Assembly (NCBI GenBank): GCA_002305675.1
Contig: DBQA01000006.1
Location: 25,422 to 89,421, forward strand
Source: Patescibacteria group bacterium UBA1406
Lineage (GTDB): Bacteria > Patescibacteriota > Microgenomatia > UBA1406
Reading direction: 5' to 3'
Length of the DNA stretch: 64,000 nucleotides
Below, in pieces: positions 23,556-33,410 of this stretch. Within the stretch, counting starts at the first letter, position 1; the number at the start of each line of letters is the position of its first letter. The notes below the pieces were generated by a model. That model was not told the origin of the DNA. It did not search any database and worked only from the letters and a program-made list of their open reading frames with translations. Position numbers and translations under genes: made by a program.

Positions 23556-25163
23556 ATGAGAAAAACTCTGCTCTTCTTATTGACGGCGCTAGCATTATCC
23601 CGGCTGGCGGGTTTGAACTGGGGTTTTCCGTATCTTTTCCATCCGGATGAGAATAATATGACTTTCTCGGTAATAAGACTGTCCTGTCAGTCCGGGATAG
23701 GGTCAGGCTTCATCGACGTCGTTAAGGAGTGTTACAACCCCCATTTCTTCGCTTATGGACAGTTGCCTCTATACGTGGCCAGGATTTTTCTAGATGCCGT
23801 TTCCATTGCCGTCCCTGTGCTCCGGTCGTTAACTCCCCTGCTCGCCGCATATTCGCTCCGCTTTATCTCTGCCGTCGCCTCCATAGTTACCGGATTTGTC
23901 CTATACCTCCTGGTCCGGCGGAAGATGGGCAAATCTGAGGCTCTCCTTGCCCTGATCCTGTATATCTTTACCCCGGGCCTTATCCAGAGCGCTCATTTCG
24001 GCACAACGGAGAGCCTTTTGACGATGTTCTTTATGCTGGTCATATATTTCAGGCAGGAGCTTGTCTGGACCGCTTTATTTATAGGTATGGCCGTGGCGAC
24101 AAAGGTTTCCGCCCTGGCGTTCTTGGCATTGCCTTTGTATGACGCCGTCAGCAAATCCATCAGGAGGCCGGGTTACCTGTATCTGGGCCGCTTTGTACTA
24201 GTAGCGGCTGCGGTCGTCCTTTTTGCCGTTCTCTTTTCTCCCCATTATGTCATAAGCTTTTCCGATTTTTTGAAGTCAATGGACTATGAGGGGCGGGTAG
24301 CCACGGGAACCTTGAAGGTCTTCTATACAGAGCAGTTTGAGGGCACGGTCCCGATAGTTTTCCAGCTTGTCAGCATATTTCCCTATGCAGCCGGGATTCC
24401 TTTGACCGTTCTGGCCTTGGTCGGCTGGGTCGTTTCCCTGAAGAACAGGGATAGATACCTGCCATTTGCCTTCCTGGTACTTTTTTTGTCAAACTCCCTT
24501 TTGTATGCCAAGTGGACCAGGTTTATGACGCCGGTCATTCCCTTAATGATCTATTTTGCGGTGTTGTTGGTGAAAAAACTTAACCGCAGACACGGCCGTC
24601 GGCCATCACCCGCGTTTCTGTTGGCGGTATCACTGCTCGTCGGTTATCAGATGTTTGCCGGGCTGTCCATGCTTGGAATATATCTCAGACCGGACGTGAG
24701 AGCGGAAGCGACGGAATGGATAAAGGCGAATATCCCTGCCGGAAGCAGGATCTTGTCGGAAAGCGCTAACGTCGTGGACATTCCCCTGGATGCGGTTTCC
24801 CGTTACAGGTATGTCAGCGCCGTTGTCCACGAGATGGACAATAATCCGGAATATGCCGGTTTCGTCAGGGAAAATCTGCGACAGGCAGACTATGTTTTTG
24901 TCCCATCGCGGAGGGTATATGCCAACTACTCATGTTATCAGCCATCTTTGGACGGAACGGTCAATAAAATAAGGTCGGGATGCGACGAGGTGAGGAAGAA
25001 GTTCCCCCGGATCAACGAGTATTATGACACCCTGTTCCGGAGCGGTCAGTACGAACTCGTTAAGACCTTCCGTTCGCTTCCCGGATTTAAGGATGAGCAG
25101 GCTGAGGAATCCTGGACCGTTTTCGACCACCCTGTTGTCAGGATCTATCGGCGCGTTATCTGA
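23556..25163 (+). CDS. GT-C fold membrane glycosyltransferase (family 39 / ArnT/PMT-like)
   Basis: 535 aa with about 10 or more TM helices. An early loop motif is FHPDENNM (the DE motif position of GT-C enzymes). A C-terminal soluble domain is present. Confidence 0.65.
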   Translation: MRKTLLFLLTALALSRLAGLNWGFPYLFHPDENNMTFSVIRLSCQSGIGSGFIDVVKECYNPHFFAYGQLPLYVARIFLDAVSIAVPVLRSLTPLLAAYSLRFISAVASIVTGFVLYLLVRRKMGKSEALLALILYIFTPGLIQSAHFGTTESLLTMFFMLVIYFRQELVWTALFIGMAVATKVSALAFLALPLYDAVSKSIRRPGYLYLGRFVLVAAAVVLFAVLFSPHYVISFSDFLKSMDYEGRVATGTLKVFYTEQFEGTVPIVFQLVSIFPYAAGIPLTVLALVGWVVSLKNRDRYLPFAFLVLFLSNSLLYAKWTRFMTPVIPLMIYFAVLLVKKLNRRHGRRPSPAFLLAVSLLVGYQMFAGLSMLGIYLRPDVRAEATEWIKANIPAGSRILSESANVVDIPLDAVSRYRYVSAVVHEMDNNPEYAGFVRENLRQADYVFVPSRRVYANYSCYQPSLDGTVNKIRSGCDEVRKKFPRINEYYDTLFRSGQYELVKTFRSLPGFKDEQAEESWTVFDHPVVRIYRRVI

Positions 25164-26589
25164 TCCGCCTGTAAATAACCGCCACATCGTCCCGATACGT
25201 TTGCTGCCACTCGGGATGGGTCTTTTTGGCAAGCTCCAGATCTAGAAAGGTCCCCGTCTTGATGAGCAAGAGGTCCGTATTGTGTCTGTCAAGAGTTTTT
25301 TGCCAACCTCTCTTGGCCTGTATGATGTCAAGGTAGACCTCATAGGGGCTTCTGCCGTCGGTATCCTTCCAGGCCGGCATCCGGCCGTCGACAAAGACCT
25401 TAGATTGCGGCAGTTTCCAGATCAGGTATCCTCCCCACTCATATAGGGAATAGATATTGGCCTTTTCGTTTTCGAGGCGTTCCACTGCCAAGCAAGGAAG
25501 CTCAGACTGCCCGTCTCGGCAATAGCTGCCCATATCCGAATTGAACCTGATGTTACCGGGCAACATCAATAGACCGATCATAAGGCCGGTCAGCACGATT
25601 CCGAATGAAACGCTTCTGTTCAAATATCCCGTCAGCTTATCCTGAAAAGTCTTTATTTCAAATAGGACGTAGGCGGCGGTCATGTAGAAAAGTGGCAGGT
25701 TGCGCCGGGCTGTTAAGGCCAAATACGTGGTTAAGGACAATATCATAATAGCAAACAGCCAGTCTTCGGGCCGATGCTTCAGAAGCGACCAGGCTAGAGC
25801 AGAAGATAAGGCGACTATAACGGCCATCTGCCAATAGTCTGGCCTGACCCATTCTGCGATCATCCGTCCAAGGGGAGAATTGAAGTGCTGCCATATTTCG
25901 GCATAAACCCTGAACCCGAAACTATTCAGTCCGGTGGACAACATCGCGGCTATGAATAGAACTAAAGGGAAGAACCTTTTATACCGTAACTCGATAAAAG
26001 CGTAAAATCCTAAAGTCAGTAGGCCGACGAAAAAGCCGGGGTGACTGTTTGTCCAAAGTATAAATAGGACGACAGTGCATGAGGCATAGAGGAGCTTTTG
26101 CATTTTGCGAAGAACCTCCTGTTTCTTCAGCCTGTTGATCATAAGTAACAGTATCGAATAGAACAGGAGGGACATGAGCTGCGAACGGAAACCAAGTTCG
26201 ATGACCGTCCAGGACATTGCCATGACGATGAATACGGCCAGATATTTTACGGCGCTTTCGCCGGTCCTGAAAGCGAGATGGAGAACATACATGGTCAGAG
26301 CCAACACGGCTGCTCCGACTGCGGATACGCCGACAAAACCCCATCCGTCAAAGGCGGCGGCCAGGATAACGTCATAGATAAGGGAGGAATACGCCCAGGG
26401 ATGGCCGGGAAGAAAATAGGAAAAGGTATTCTGGCTGCAGACGGTCCCCGACTGCATGAACTCAAGTCCGCACCGGTAATGCCATCCGAAATCGGTATCC
26501 TTCACAGAAAACAGGGCTAGCACAAATATGCTGGCGATAAACAGGATTTTCAGTAGAGATACTGCTCTTTTATCGGAAAATGTCGGCAA
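25156..26589 (-). CDS. Polytopic membrane protein, probable GT-C-like glycosyltransferase
   Basis: 477 aa and multi-TM with a C-terminal soluble domain. The only in-frame start near the N-terminal TM is TTG at 26589, which overlaps the glyA end by 40 nt, so the start is uncertain. Confidence 0.45.
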   Translation of the reverse strand: MPTFSDKRAVSLLKILFIASIFVLALFSVKDTDFGWHYRCGLEFMQSGTVCSQNTFSYFLPGHPWAYSSLIYDVILAAAFDGWGFVGVSAVGAAVLALTMYVLHLAFRTGESAVKYLAVFIVMAMSWTVIELGFRSQLMSLLFYSILLLMINRLKKQEVLRKMQKLLYASCTVVLFILWTNSHPGFFVGLLTLGFYAFIELRYKRFFPLVLFIAAMLSTGLNSFGFRVYAEIWQHFNSPLGRMIAEWVRPDYWQMAVIVALSSALAWSLLKHRPEDWLFAIMILSLTTYLALTARRNLPLFYMTAAYVLFEIKTFQDKLTGYLNRSVSFGIVLTGLMIGLLMLPGNIRFNSDMGSYCRDGQSELPCLAVERLENEKANIYSLYEWGGYLIWKLPQSKVFVDGRMPAWKDTDGRSPYEVYLDIIQAKRGWQKTLDRHNTDLLLIKTGTFLDLELAKKTHPEWQQTYRDDVAVIYRRIR

Positions 26590-27887
26590 AGCTTTTTAAT
26601 TTCCCTGTTAATTTCCTTAATGCGCACCGATGACCCGATGAGTTTATTCCTGACTGAAAGTTTTCTTTCCTCAATGTCGCTGATACCCAGTCTCTTTTTG
26701 AGAAGGACCAGATCACCGACTACATCATTGATCCAAGCGGCTATTCTCTTCATCTCCCTCTTTCCCATACCGCGGCTCGTTATGCCCGGAGTACCGAGCC
26801 TCAGACCCGAAGGGTAGAATGGAGGGTTCGTATCGAACGGAACAGAGTTCTTATTGACGATTATGCCTGCCCTCTCAAGTGCTTCGGCAGCTGTGTTACC
26901 CAGAATGCCTTTGTTACGCAGATCAAGCAGGATGAGATGACAGTCGGTGCCCCCGGAAATCAAATTAAAGCCGGATCTGGACAACTCCTCCGCCAGGACC
27001 TTGGCGTTCTCGACCACTCTGGCGGCATATTTCCTGAAGGACGAAAAAGACGCTTCCTTCAGGGCGACCGCTATACCGGCGATGGTATTGATGTGCGGAC
27101 CCCCCTGCAGGCCAGGGAAGACCGCCTTGTCGATCTTCGCGGCCAGATCGGGATCCTTTTTCATACCTTTGTCGGTGACCATGACCATGGCTCCCCTCGG
27201 GCCTCTGAGCGTCTTGTGGGTGGTAGTAGTGATGATATCAACGTATGGAGTTGGATTCGGATATACCCCGGCTATCACCAGTCCGGATAGATGGGCGATA
27301 TCCGCCATCAGGTAAGCATCCGCTTCCTTGGCGATGGAGGAGAATTTTTTCCAATCCAGGAACCTTGGATATGCGGTAATACCCGCGATGATGAGCTTGG
27401 GTTTGTTCTCCTGAACCATTTTTCGCAGCTCAGAATAGTCGATCAGGCCTTTTTCGTTAAGTTCATACGAGACCGACCTGAAGAATTTGCCCGTGATGGA
27501 GACCGGAGCTCCGTGGGTGAGATGTCCGCCAAAGGCAAGGGACAGGCCCATAACAGTGTCTCCCGGGGAAAGAAGGGCCAGGTATATCGAAAGATTGGCG
27601 GGTGACCCCGAATAGGGCTGTACGTTCACATGCGCCACTCCGTACATCCTCTTGGCCCTGTCTCTGGCTAAATCCTCGACCCTGTCCACATGCTCCTGTC
27701 CCTGGTAGTACCGTTTGAAGGGATAACCCTCGGCATACTTGTTGCCGAGCGAAGAGCCGACCGCCTCCTCCACCGCCTTTGAGGCAGTGTTCTCGGACGG
27801 GATCATCATCAGGGTCTGCCGCTGTCTTTTTTCTTCCTGTCTGATAAGTTCATATATCTCCCGATCGGTACGTTTGAGGAATTTCAT
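26550..27887 (-). CDS. glyA: Serine hydroxymethyltransferase
   Basis: The motif TTTTHKTLRGPRG contains the PLP-binding lysine. The N-terminus is MIPSENTASKAVEEAVGS..NKYAEGYP. Confidence 0.95.
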   Translation of the reverse strand: MKFLKRTDREIYELIRQEEKRQRQTLMMIPSENTASKAVEEAVGSSLGNKYAEGYPFKRYYQGQEHVDRVEDLARDRAKRMYGVAHVNVQPYSGSPANLSIYLALLSPGDTVMGLSLAFGGHLTHGAPVSITGKFFRSVSYELNEKGLIDYSELRKMVQENKPKLIIAGITAYPRFLDWKKFSSIAKEADAYLMADIAHLSGLVIAGVYPNPTPYVDIITTTTHKTLRGPRGAMVMVTDKGMKKDPDLAAKIDKAVFPGLQGGPHINTIAGIAVALKEASFSSFRKYAARVVENAKVLAEELSRSGFNLISGGTDCHLILLDLRNKGILGNTAAEALERAGIIVNKNSVPFDTNPPFYPSGLRLGTPGITSRGMGKREMKRIAAWINDVVGDLVLLKKRLGISDIEERKLSVRNKLIGSSVRIKEINREIKKLCRHFPIKEQYLY

Positions 27888-27919
27888 AACAGTAAAAGTA
27901 TCAAGCCGCTAAAAAAAAA

Positions 27920-28600
27920 TCAAGGAGTAATTTTTTCGGATTTTAGGAGCGCGATAATCCTGTCACCAACCGTCTCCTTCGTTAAAAGAAGGCCTTCTTG
28001 GTCGGTACAGTCTATTTTATGCCAGTGGTCAAACCTCTCGCACAGTTTTAGATATCTCTCCTCCACTCGGGCACGGTTCTGCTGGTCCCGTTCCTGAATG
28101 TCTAGCCCGGAATGGCTTTTCCTGTCCGCATATTTATGCTCCGATAGCTTGTAACCTATCCTCCATGGGACATAAAGATATATGACCAGGTCCTCCTTGG
28201 GCAGGCCGATGTGTCCGTACTCAAGTTCAGACAGCCAGTCCACGTACCTCCAGAAGTCCTTGTCCTTATCCAGCCTTGCACCCCAGTGGGCCATGCTTGA
28301 GGTCGTGTATCGGTTGGAAACGGCAATACCGCTTGTAGTAAGATATGACCTGAGCTCGTCGACAAAGGCGGACCGGTCCAGTGAGTACGGCAGGCTGGCC
28401 AGGTACGGGGAAAGTTGGTTCAACCGTCCGAACTCTCCGTCCAGCAATCTTTTTACCAACGAGCCGTAAAATGACCCGTAGTTAGGAAAATCAAACAGTC
28501 TGTACCCTATCCCTTCTGTCTGGAAATATTCTGTCAAAAGTTTGGCTTGGACCGTCTTACCAGACCCGTCCCCGCCTTCAATAATAATGAGCTTTCCCAT
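27920..28600 (-). CDS. tmk: Thymidylate kinase-family protein
   Basis: The P-loop is IIIEGGDGSGKTVQAKLL. FDFPNYGSFYGSLVKRLLDGEFG resembles the archaeal/eukaryote-like dTMP kinase LID region. Confidence 0.7.
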   Translation of the reverse strand: MGKLIIIEGGDGSGKTVQAKLLTEYFQTEGIGYRLFDFPNYGSFYGSLVKRLLDGEFGRLNQLSPYLASLPYSLDRSAFVDELRSYLTTSGIAVSNRYTTSSMAHWGARLDKDKDFWRYVDWLSELEYGHIGLPKEDLVIYLYVPWRIGYKLSEHKYADRKSHSGLDIQERDQQNRARVEERYLKLCERFDHWHKIDCTDQEGLLLTKETVGDRIIALLKSEKITP

Positions 28601-28634
28601 AATATATTATTCTAATATAGAGGGAACGGAGTCT

Positions 28635-29426
28635 TTATGCAAGAGCGGATATGTCAAGCTTCAGGGAGGGACTCATCGTGGTCTTGACAAAAGCGCTGTC
28701 TATATTCTTACGGCCGACCGACTTGAGGAAGGCGGTCATGTTTTCCAGAAGCTCCTTCTCACCGAACGATACTTTACCGACAACCTGGTGCAATAAAGGA
28801 AACTTAGGTTCGCTCTTGTAATGTATGTTCCCGGCCGCGAGCTTCTTTTTGGCAGCGTTCAGGTCCTCAACCAGGGTTCCCTTCTTTGGAGAGGGCATCA
28901 GGCCCTTGGGGCCGAGCATCTTGGCGTATTTGACTAGGGACTTCATATCCTCTGGCTTGGCAAGAAGGATGTCGAAATCAAGCTGGTTCTTCTGTATTTT
29001 AGTTTCAACTTCCGGACCGAATTCTGCCACTCTCAGCTCTTTGCCTGTTCCGTGGGGAAGCCTTACCTCACCCTTAACGTCCTTGTCTACCAAATTGAGA
29101 TGTATCTCGACCGAAGCGCTGAACCCCTCGAAGGAGATTTCCTTCAATAGCTTAATGGCCTCCTCAAAACTATAGACTTTCTTAAGGGCGGCTTTTTTCA
29201 GGGCCAGGCTGTATTTTTTGCCTCTGGATCTCTTGGGTGCGGATTTTTGGGTGGCCTTTTCTTTCTTTTTCGCTTCCGCAGGTTTGTTTTGCACGGGTGC
29301 AGGTTCAGCTTCGGGCTCAGCTTTCTTTTTCAGTTCCTTTTTTTTAGCCGCTCTCATCTTGGCCTTTTCTTTCTCCTGCTGCTCCAAGTCGGAGATGCCT
29401 AGTGTTTTACCTCTGGTTTTTCCCAT
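28635..29426 (-). CDS. rplA: 50S ribosomal protein L1 with an N-terminal Lys/Glu/Ala/Pro-rich extension of about 65 aa
   Basis: The canonical L1 start (GKKYSLALKK....YSFEEAIKLLKE) appears only at about residue 68. The rest is collinear with L1. Confidence 0.9.
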   Translation of the reverse strand: MGKTRGKTLGISDLEQQEKEKAKMRAAKKKELKKKAEPEAEPAPVQNKPAEAKKKEKATQKSAPKRSRGKKYSLALKKAALKKVYSFEEAIKLLKEISFEGFSASVEIHLNLVDKDVKGEVRLPHGTGKELRVAEFGPEVETKIQKNQLDFDILLAKPEDMKSLVKYAKMLGPKGLMPSPKKGTLVEDLNAAKKKLAAGNIHYKSEPKFPLLHQVVGKVSFGEKELLENMTAFLKSVGRKNIDSAFVKTTMSPSLKLDISALA

Positions 29427-29431
29427 GATAT

Positions 29432-29854
29432 TTATGCAATTTCTACTCCCATGCTCCGGGCAGTGCCTTTGACCACGTTCTTGGCCTGCTCAATGTCTAG
29501 GGTGTTCAGATCATTCATTTTCTCTCTGGCTATTTCCTCAACCTGCTGTTCGGTCAGTTTACCGACCTTGTCCTTGTTCGGTCTGCCGGACCCGGCTTTG
29601 ATATTTAGCCTTTTCTTGATGAGTTCGGCTACAGGCGGCAGCTTGGTGACAAATGTAAAGCTCCGATCCTCATAGATAGTGATGACGACCGGAATTATCT
29701 GGCCCCGCTTGTCAGCAGTAGCAGCGTTGTACTTATTGATGAAGTCCATGATAGGTACGCCATGCTGCCCGAGAGCCGGTCCTGCCGGGGGCGCGGCGGT
29801 CGCCTGTCCGCCTGGTAAATTAAGTTTAACGATTGCCTTTATCTCTTTTGCCAT
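29432..29854 (-). CDS. rplK: 50S ribosomal protein L11
   Basis: [33 protein letters not shown] is the canonical L11 N-terminus. Confidence 0.95.
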   Translation of the reverse strand: MAKEIKAIVKLNLPGGQATAAPPAGPALGQHGVPIMDFINKYNAATADKRGQIIPVVITIYEDRSFTFVTKLPPVAELIKKRLNIKAGSGRPNKDKVGKLTEQQVEEIAREKMNDLNTLDIEQAKNVVKGTARSMGVEIA

Positions 29855-29856
29855 GC

Positions 29857-30426
29857 TTATATCTTCTGAATTTGTAGAAAGTCCAAGTCAACAGGTGTTT
29901 CCCGTCCAAAGATGGATATCAGGACCTGGACCTTGCCCTGGTCCTCGTCAACCGATTTTATCGTGCCCAGGAAATCAGTGAACGGTCCGTCAATTATCTT
30001 TACAGCCTCACCCCTGGAGAACTTAGCCTTGAACTTCGGCGCCTCCTGGGTAGCAAACCTTAAAATAGCCTCTACCTCTTTATCCGAAATGGGAGTAGGT
30101 TTATTGCCTGCCCCGACGAAACCGGTCACTCCTTCCGTAGTCCTGACCACCAGCCAGCTGTCGTCTGTCAGGACCATATTGACGATTATGTAGCCGGGGA
30201 AAAGTTTCTCCTTGATTTGCTTTTTCTTTCCCTGTTTGATGGTGATGACATCCTTCATCGGGATGATGATATCGAATATCTGCTCCTCGAAGCCAAGGGT
30301 CTTTATCCGCTGTTCAAGCGCCGTTTTTGTCTTTTGCTCATAACCGGCCTGGGTATGGATGACATACCACCTCGAATCATCCGGCTTGTTTTTTGCTGTA
30401 AGTGTTTTTTCCGTATGTTCGTCCAT
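29857..30426 (-). CDS. nusG: Transcription termination/antitermination factor NusG
   Basis: I use the start at [22 protein letters not shown]. The TAATG overlap with the secE stop supports this start. The KOW motif is [18 protein letters not shown]. Confidence 0.9.
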   Translation of the reverse strand: MDEHTEKTLTAKNKPDDSRWYVIHTQAGYEQKTKTALEQRIKTLGFEEQIFDIIIPMKDVITIKQGKKKQIKEKLFPGYIIVNMVLTDDSWLVVRTTEGVTGFVGAGNKPTPISDKEVEAILRFATQEAPKFKAKFSRGEAVKIIDGPFTDFLGTIKSVDEDQGKVQVLISIFGRETPVDLDFLQIQKI

Positions 30427-30620
30427 TATCTGAAACCTAAAATGATGTTTAACAGCTGAGCGAAAATATAGTCGAACAGACCAATATAGGCACCCAACAG
30501 AAAGGAAATTATAACAACCACCGAGGTCAGATGCAACGCCTCTTGACGGCTCGGCCAATCCACCTTCTTCAGCTCGTCGGTGATGTTCTTGAACACCTGC
30601 GGATTGATCTTTTTGTCCAT
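30426..30620 (-). CDS. secE: Preprotein translocase subunit SecE
   Basis: 64 aa with a single C-terminal TM. The motif ELKKVDWPSRQE is typical of SecE. It sits in the conserved secE-nusG-rplK-rplA order. Confidence 0.8.
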   Translation of the reverse strand: MDKKINPQVFKNITDELKKVDWPSRQEALHLTSVVVIISFLLGAYIGLFDYIFAQLLNIILGFR

Positions 30621-30652
30621 GACTATAAATTATAGATGATAAAGGTCTTTTT

Positions 30653-33262
30653 TTAAAGCGATAAAGTTATGACCGGCGTAGGCGAGGGTGTGCTTGTAGC
30701 AGTGGGAATTGCATTTTCCTGACCCACTTCCCTTCTGACACCGATCCTCAGAACAACCTCGGATCGCTTGTCTTTCTCATTAACTGCCACGAACTTGACG
30801 GTATAGATCCCGTCATCAAGATGAATGGTCCGGTCTATGACAGCGTCACCTGTATTTTCTTTGAGCGCATCATTTATGAAGACCTGGAACGACCTCAGGC
30901 TTCTTTCGGAGATGGCCTTGGCAAATAGACGGATGTCGTTAGCGTCGATTTTCTGCTTGTCTGACGGTTCCATCACCTGTATGCTGATGTCGTCCGAGTT
31001 TGTATCCGAGACCTCCCCGGGAGGTTTCCATTTCTCATCCCCCTGTTCCGATGCCCATTTGTTGATCGCTTCCTGCCATCTGTTCTTGCCGTCGGTCGAG
31101 AGCGGATCCTCCTCCACCACCACGAAGAACTCCTTCTCCTCATAGTTGCCCGAGGCTATTTCCAGGGCATTGGCCTTTTTGCCCGTACTTTTCGAAATCT
31201 TTATCTTCTTATAGAAAGGTGATGCTTCCTTCGGCTCAGTTCCTTCGATGAAATATTCCGACCTCTTGGGAATCCCGTCATAAGGTGTTCCCCCGAAGAA
31301 CGCATCTATCTCTAATGCCCTGACCTTGTCCGGTAGGGCCATCAGTCCGTCCTTATATCCTTGTTCAAAGGCCTTCAGGAATATCCTTCTCCAGATGGGA
31401 GCCGCTCCGCTTATGCCCGAGGCCAATGCCTGGTTCATTTGCCGGCCGTCGTTGTTCCCGACCCAGACTCCGACCACCAGATCGCGCGTGTATCCCACCG
31501 TCCAGTTGTCCTTTTTGTCATCGGTTGTTCCGGTTTTGACCGCCACCGTCTTGCCAGGAATATTGAGGTAGCTGTTCGTCCCGAAACTGATAAGACGGGC
31601 ATTGTTGTCGCTAAGTATATGAGAGACTAGAAAGACCGACTCGCGTGAGAATATCCGGCGATTTGGTTCCTTCTTATGTCTGTATAGAAGCTTATTCTTA
31701 TAATCCCTTACCTCCATGATGGCGGCGGACGGGGTGGTCTTGCCCTCATTGGCGAGCACGCCATAGGCTGTCACCAGGTCCAAAAGCCTTACTTCTCCGC
31801 CTCCCAGGGTCAGAGATAGCCCGAACTTTCTCATATTGTTGGTCGTCGGCTCCAGAGTGACCAGTCCGGCGTCGAAGGCTTTCTGCATAAACGGTTTCAG
31901 GCCGACCCGGGCCAGGACCTTCACCGCCGGTACGTTTAAGGAATTTCCCAGAGCCATTCTGAGCTGGACCGGTCCCCGGTACTTGCCGTCATAGTTCACG
32001 GGGGTATATGATTCGCCACCCTCTCCGCCGGAGGTAAAATCCGTCGGAACGTCCATGATGACGGATGAAGGGGTAAAGCCATTCTCCAGGGCCAGTGCAT
32101 AAGTGAACGGTTTAAGGGTCGATCCCGGTTGCCTAAGTCCCAGGGCAGCGTTGTACTTTCCGAATTCTTCGTTGTTGAAGTCGATGGAGCCGACCATTGC
32201 CAAAATATCCCCGGTCTTAGGGTCCATCACTACCGCTGCCCCGTTCGTTATGTTCAGCCCTTTGCTGTCCTCTATCTCCTGGCGGATGATCTTTTCCGCC
32301 TCTTTTTGGAGATCCAGGTCAAGGGTGGTCTTGATGACCAGTCCTTTCTTGAACAGGGCGTCGTTGTCTATCATCTCATCCAGCAGGCTCTTTACGTAAA
32401 AAACGAAATGGGCGGCCGGAAAAGAGGTGACGTTCTTTTTGAATTTGACTTTGGGGAGCTTTTCGACAAGTTCCTTTTCCTTTTCCCTGTCTATATGTTT
32501 GTCTTCCCTCATCCTTCTCAGAACCTGCTCGGTCCGGTTAATGTACGCCCCCTTCTCCCCGATATAGGGGGAGTAAAGGCTCGGACTTTGTGGAAATCCG
32601 GCGAGTACCGCCGCCTCGATCAGCGTAAGGTCTTTGGCATCCTTACCGAAGTAATGCTGCGCCGCAGACTGGATACCGTAGGCAGTCCCGCCATACGGAG
32701 TCATGTTGAGATACATCTCCAGGATCTGTTCCTTTGAGTAGCGTCTCTCGAGCTCAATGGCCAGGATGAGCTCCTTGAACTTCCGGGTGATGGTCTTCTC
32801 CGGGGACAGGAGGTTGTTCTTAACGAGCTGCTGTGTCAGGGTTGATCCTCCTTCACGCCTGCCGAACAGGGTATTTTTGACGGCCGCCCGGAAGATACCG
32901 AACAACGAGAACCCCTTGTGCTTGAAAAAGTCCTTGTCCTCGACCGCTATGGTGGCCTGCCCGACGTGCTCCGGCAGGTCCTTCAATTCGACCGGGACAA
33001 TATTCTTGTCCTCAAATACCTGATACACCACTTTCCCGTTCCGGTCAAGTATAGAAGTGGAATACTCGGCATTCCGGGCAATATTGTCGGGTGTAGGCAG
33101 GTCCTTGACAACGGCAGCGATGAACAGGAACGGCAACAGTAAAAAAACGACGGCCAAAACCGCAGCCGTATGCAGCGGCTTCTTTTGAATAAGCTTGATG
33201 ATATCGTTCGTTTTGCTCTTCAGTCTCCTCTTCTGAAGTACAAAGGCAAAATCCCTTCTCAT
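30653..33262 (-). CDS. Class A penicillin-binding protein (glycosyltransferase + transpeptidase) with a long C-terminal extension
   Basis: N-terminal TM. GT51 motifs are AVEDKDFFKHKGF and RKFKE. Transpeptidase motifs are STLKP, SLN and KTGTT. About 250 aa follow the transpeptidase domain, ending in a Thr/Pro tail. Confidence 0.9.
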   Translation of the reverse strand: MRRDFAFVLQKRRLKSKTNDIIKLIQKKPLHTAAVLAVVFLLLPFLFIAAVVKDLPTPDNIARNAEYSTSILDRNGKVVYQVFEDKNIVPVELKDLPEHVGQATIAVEDKDFFKHKGFSLFGIFRAAVKNTLFGRREGGSTLTQQLVKNNLLSPEKTITRKFKELILAIELERRYSKEQILEMYLNMTPYGGTAYGIQSAAQHYFGKDAKDLTLIEAAVLAGFPQSPSLYSPYIGEKGAYINRTEQVLRRMREDKHIDREKEKELVEKLPKVKFKKNVTSFPAAHFVFYVKSLLDEMIDNDALFKKGLVIKTTLDLDLQKEAEKIIRQEIEDSKGLNITNGAAVVMDPKTGDILAMVGSIDFNNEEFGKYNAALGLRQPGSTLKPFTYALALENGFTPSSVIMDVPTDFTSGGEGGESYTPVNYDGKYRGPVQLRMALGNSLNVPAVKVLARVGLKPFMQKAFDAGLVTLEPTTNNMRKFGLSLTLGGGEVRLLDLVTAYGVLANEGKTTPSAAIMEVRDYKNKLLYRHKKEPNRRIFSRESVFLVSHILSDNNARLISFGTNSYLNIPGKTVAVKTGTTDDKKDNWTVGYTRDLVVGVWVGNNDGRQMNQALASGISGAAPIWRRIFLKAFEQGYKDGLMALPDKVRALEIDAFFGGTPYDGIPKRSEYFIEGTEPKEASPFYKKIKISKSTGKKANALEIASGNYEEKEFFVVVEEDPLSTDGKNRWQEAINKWASEQGDEKWKPPGEVSDTNSDDISIQVMEPSDKQKIDANDIRLFAKAISERSLRSFQVFINDALKENTGDAVIDRTIHLDDGIYTVKFVAVNEKDKRSEVVLRIGVRREVGQENAIPTATSTPSPTPVITLSL

Positions 33263-33410
33263 ATGCTAACCTATATTATATTATTAATTTGACTGATATG
33301 TCCAGGTTCAGAAAATCCCTAAAGCTTATTAGGAAAAACTTTTTTAAGATCCTGATCGTGATCGCCTCACTGTTGCTTTTGCTCTCATCCTTTATACCAT
33401 ATTTCATAAG

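Noticed and set aside
29857-30558. Long version of nusG (233 aa), and likewise the long versions of tsf (to 20892), pilN (to 38224), rnc (from 35939) and rpsP (from 36652)
   Set aside because: The extensions overlap upstream genes, use non-ATG starts in several cases and add non-homologous residues. Internal ATGs reproduce the canonical N-termini and the typical 1-4 nt stop/start coupling.
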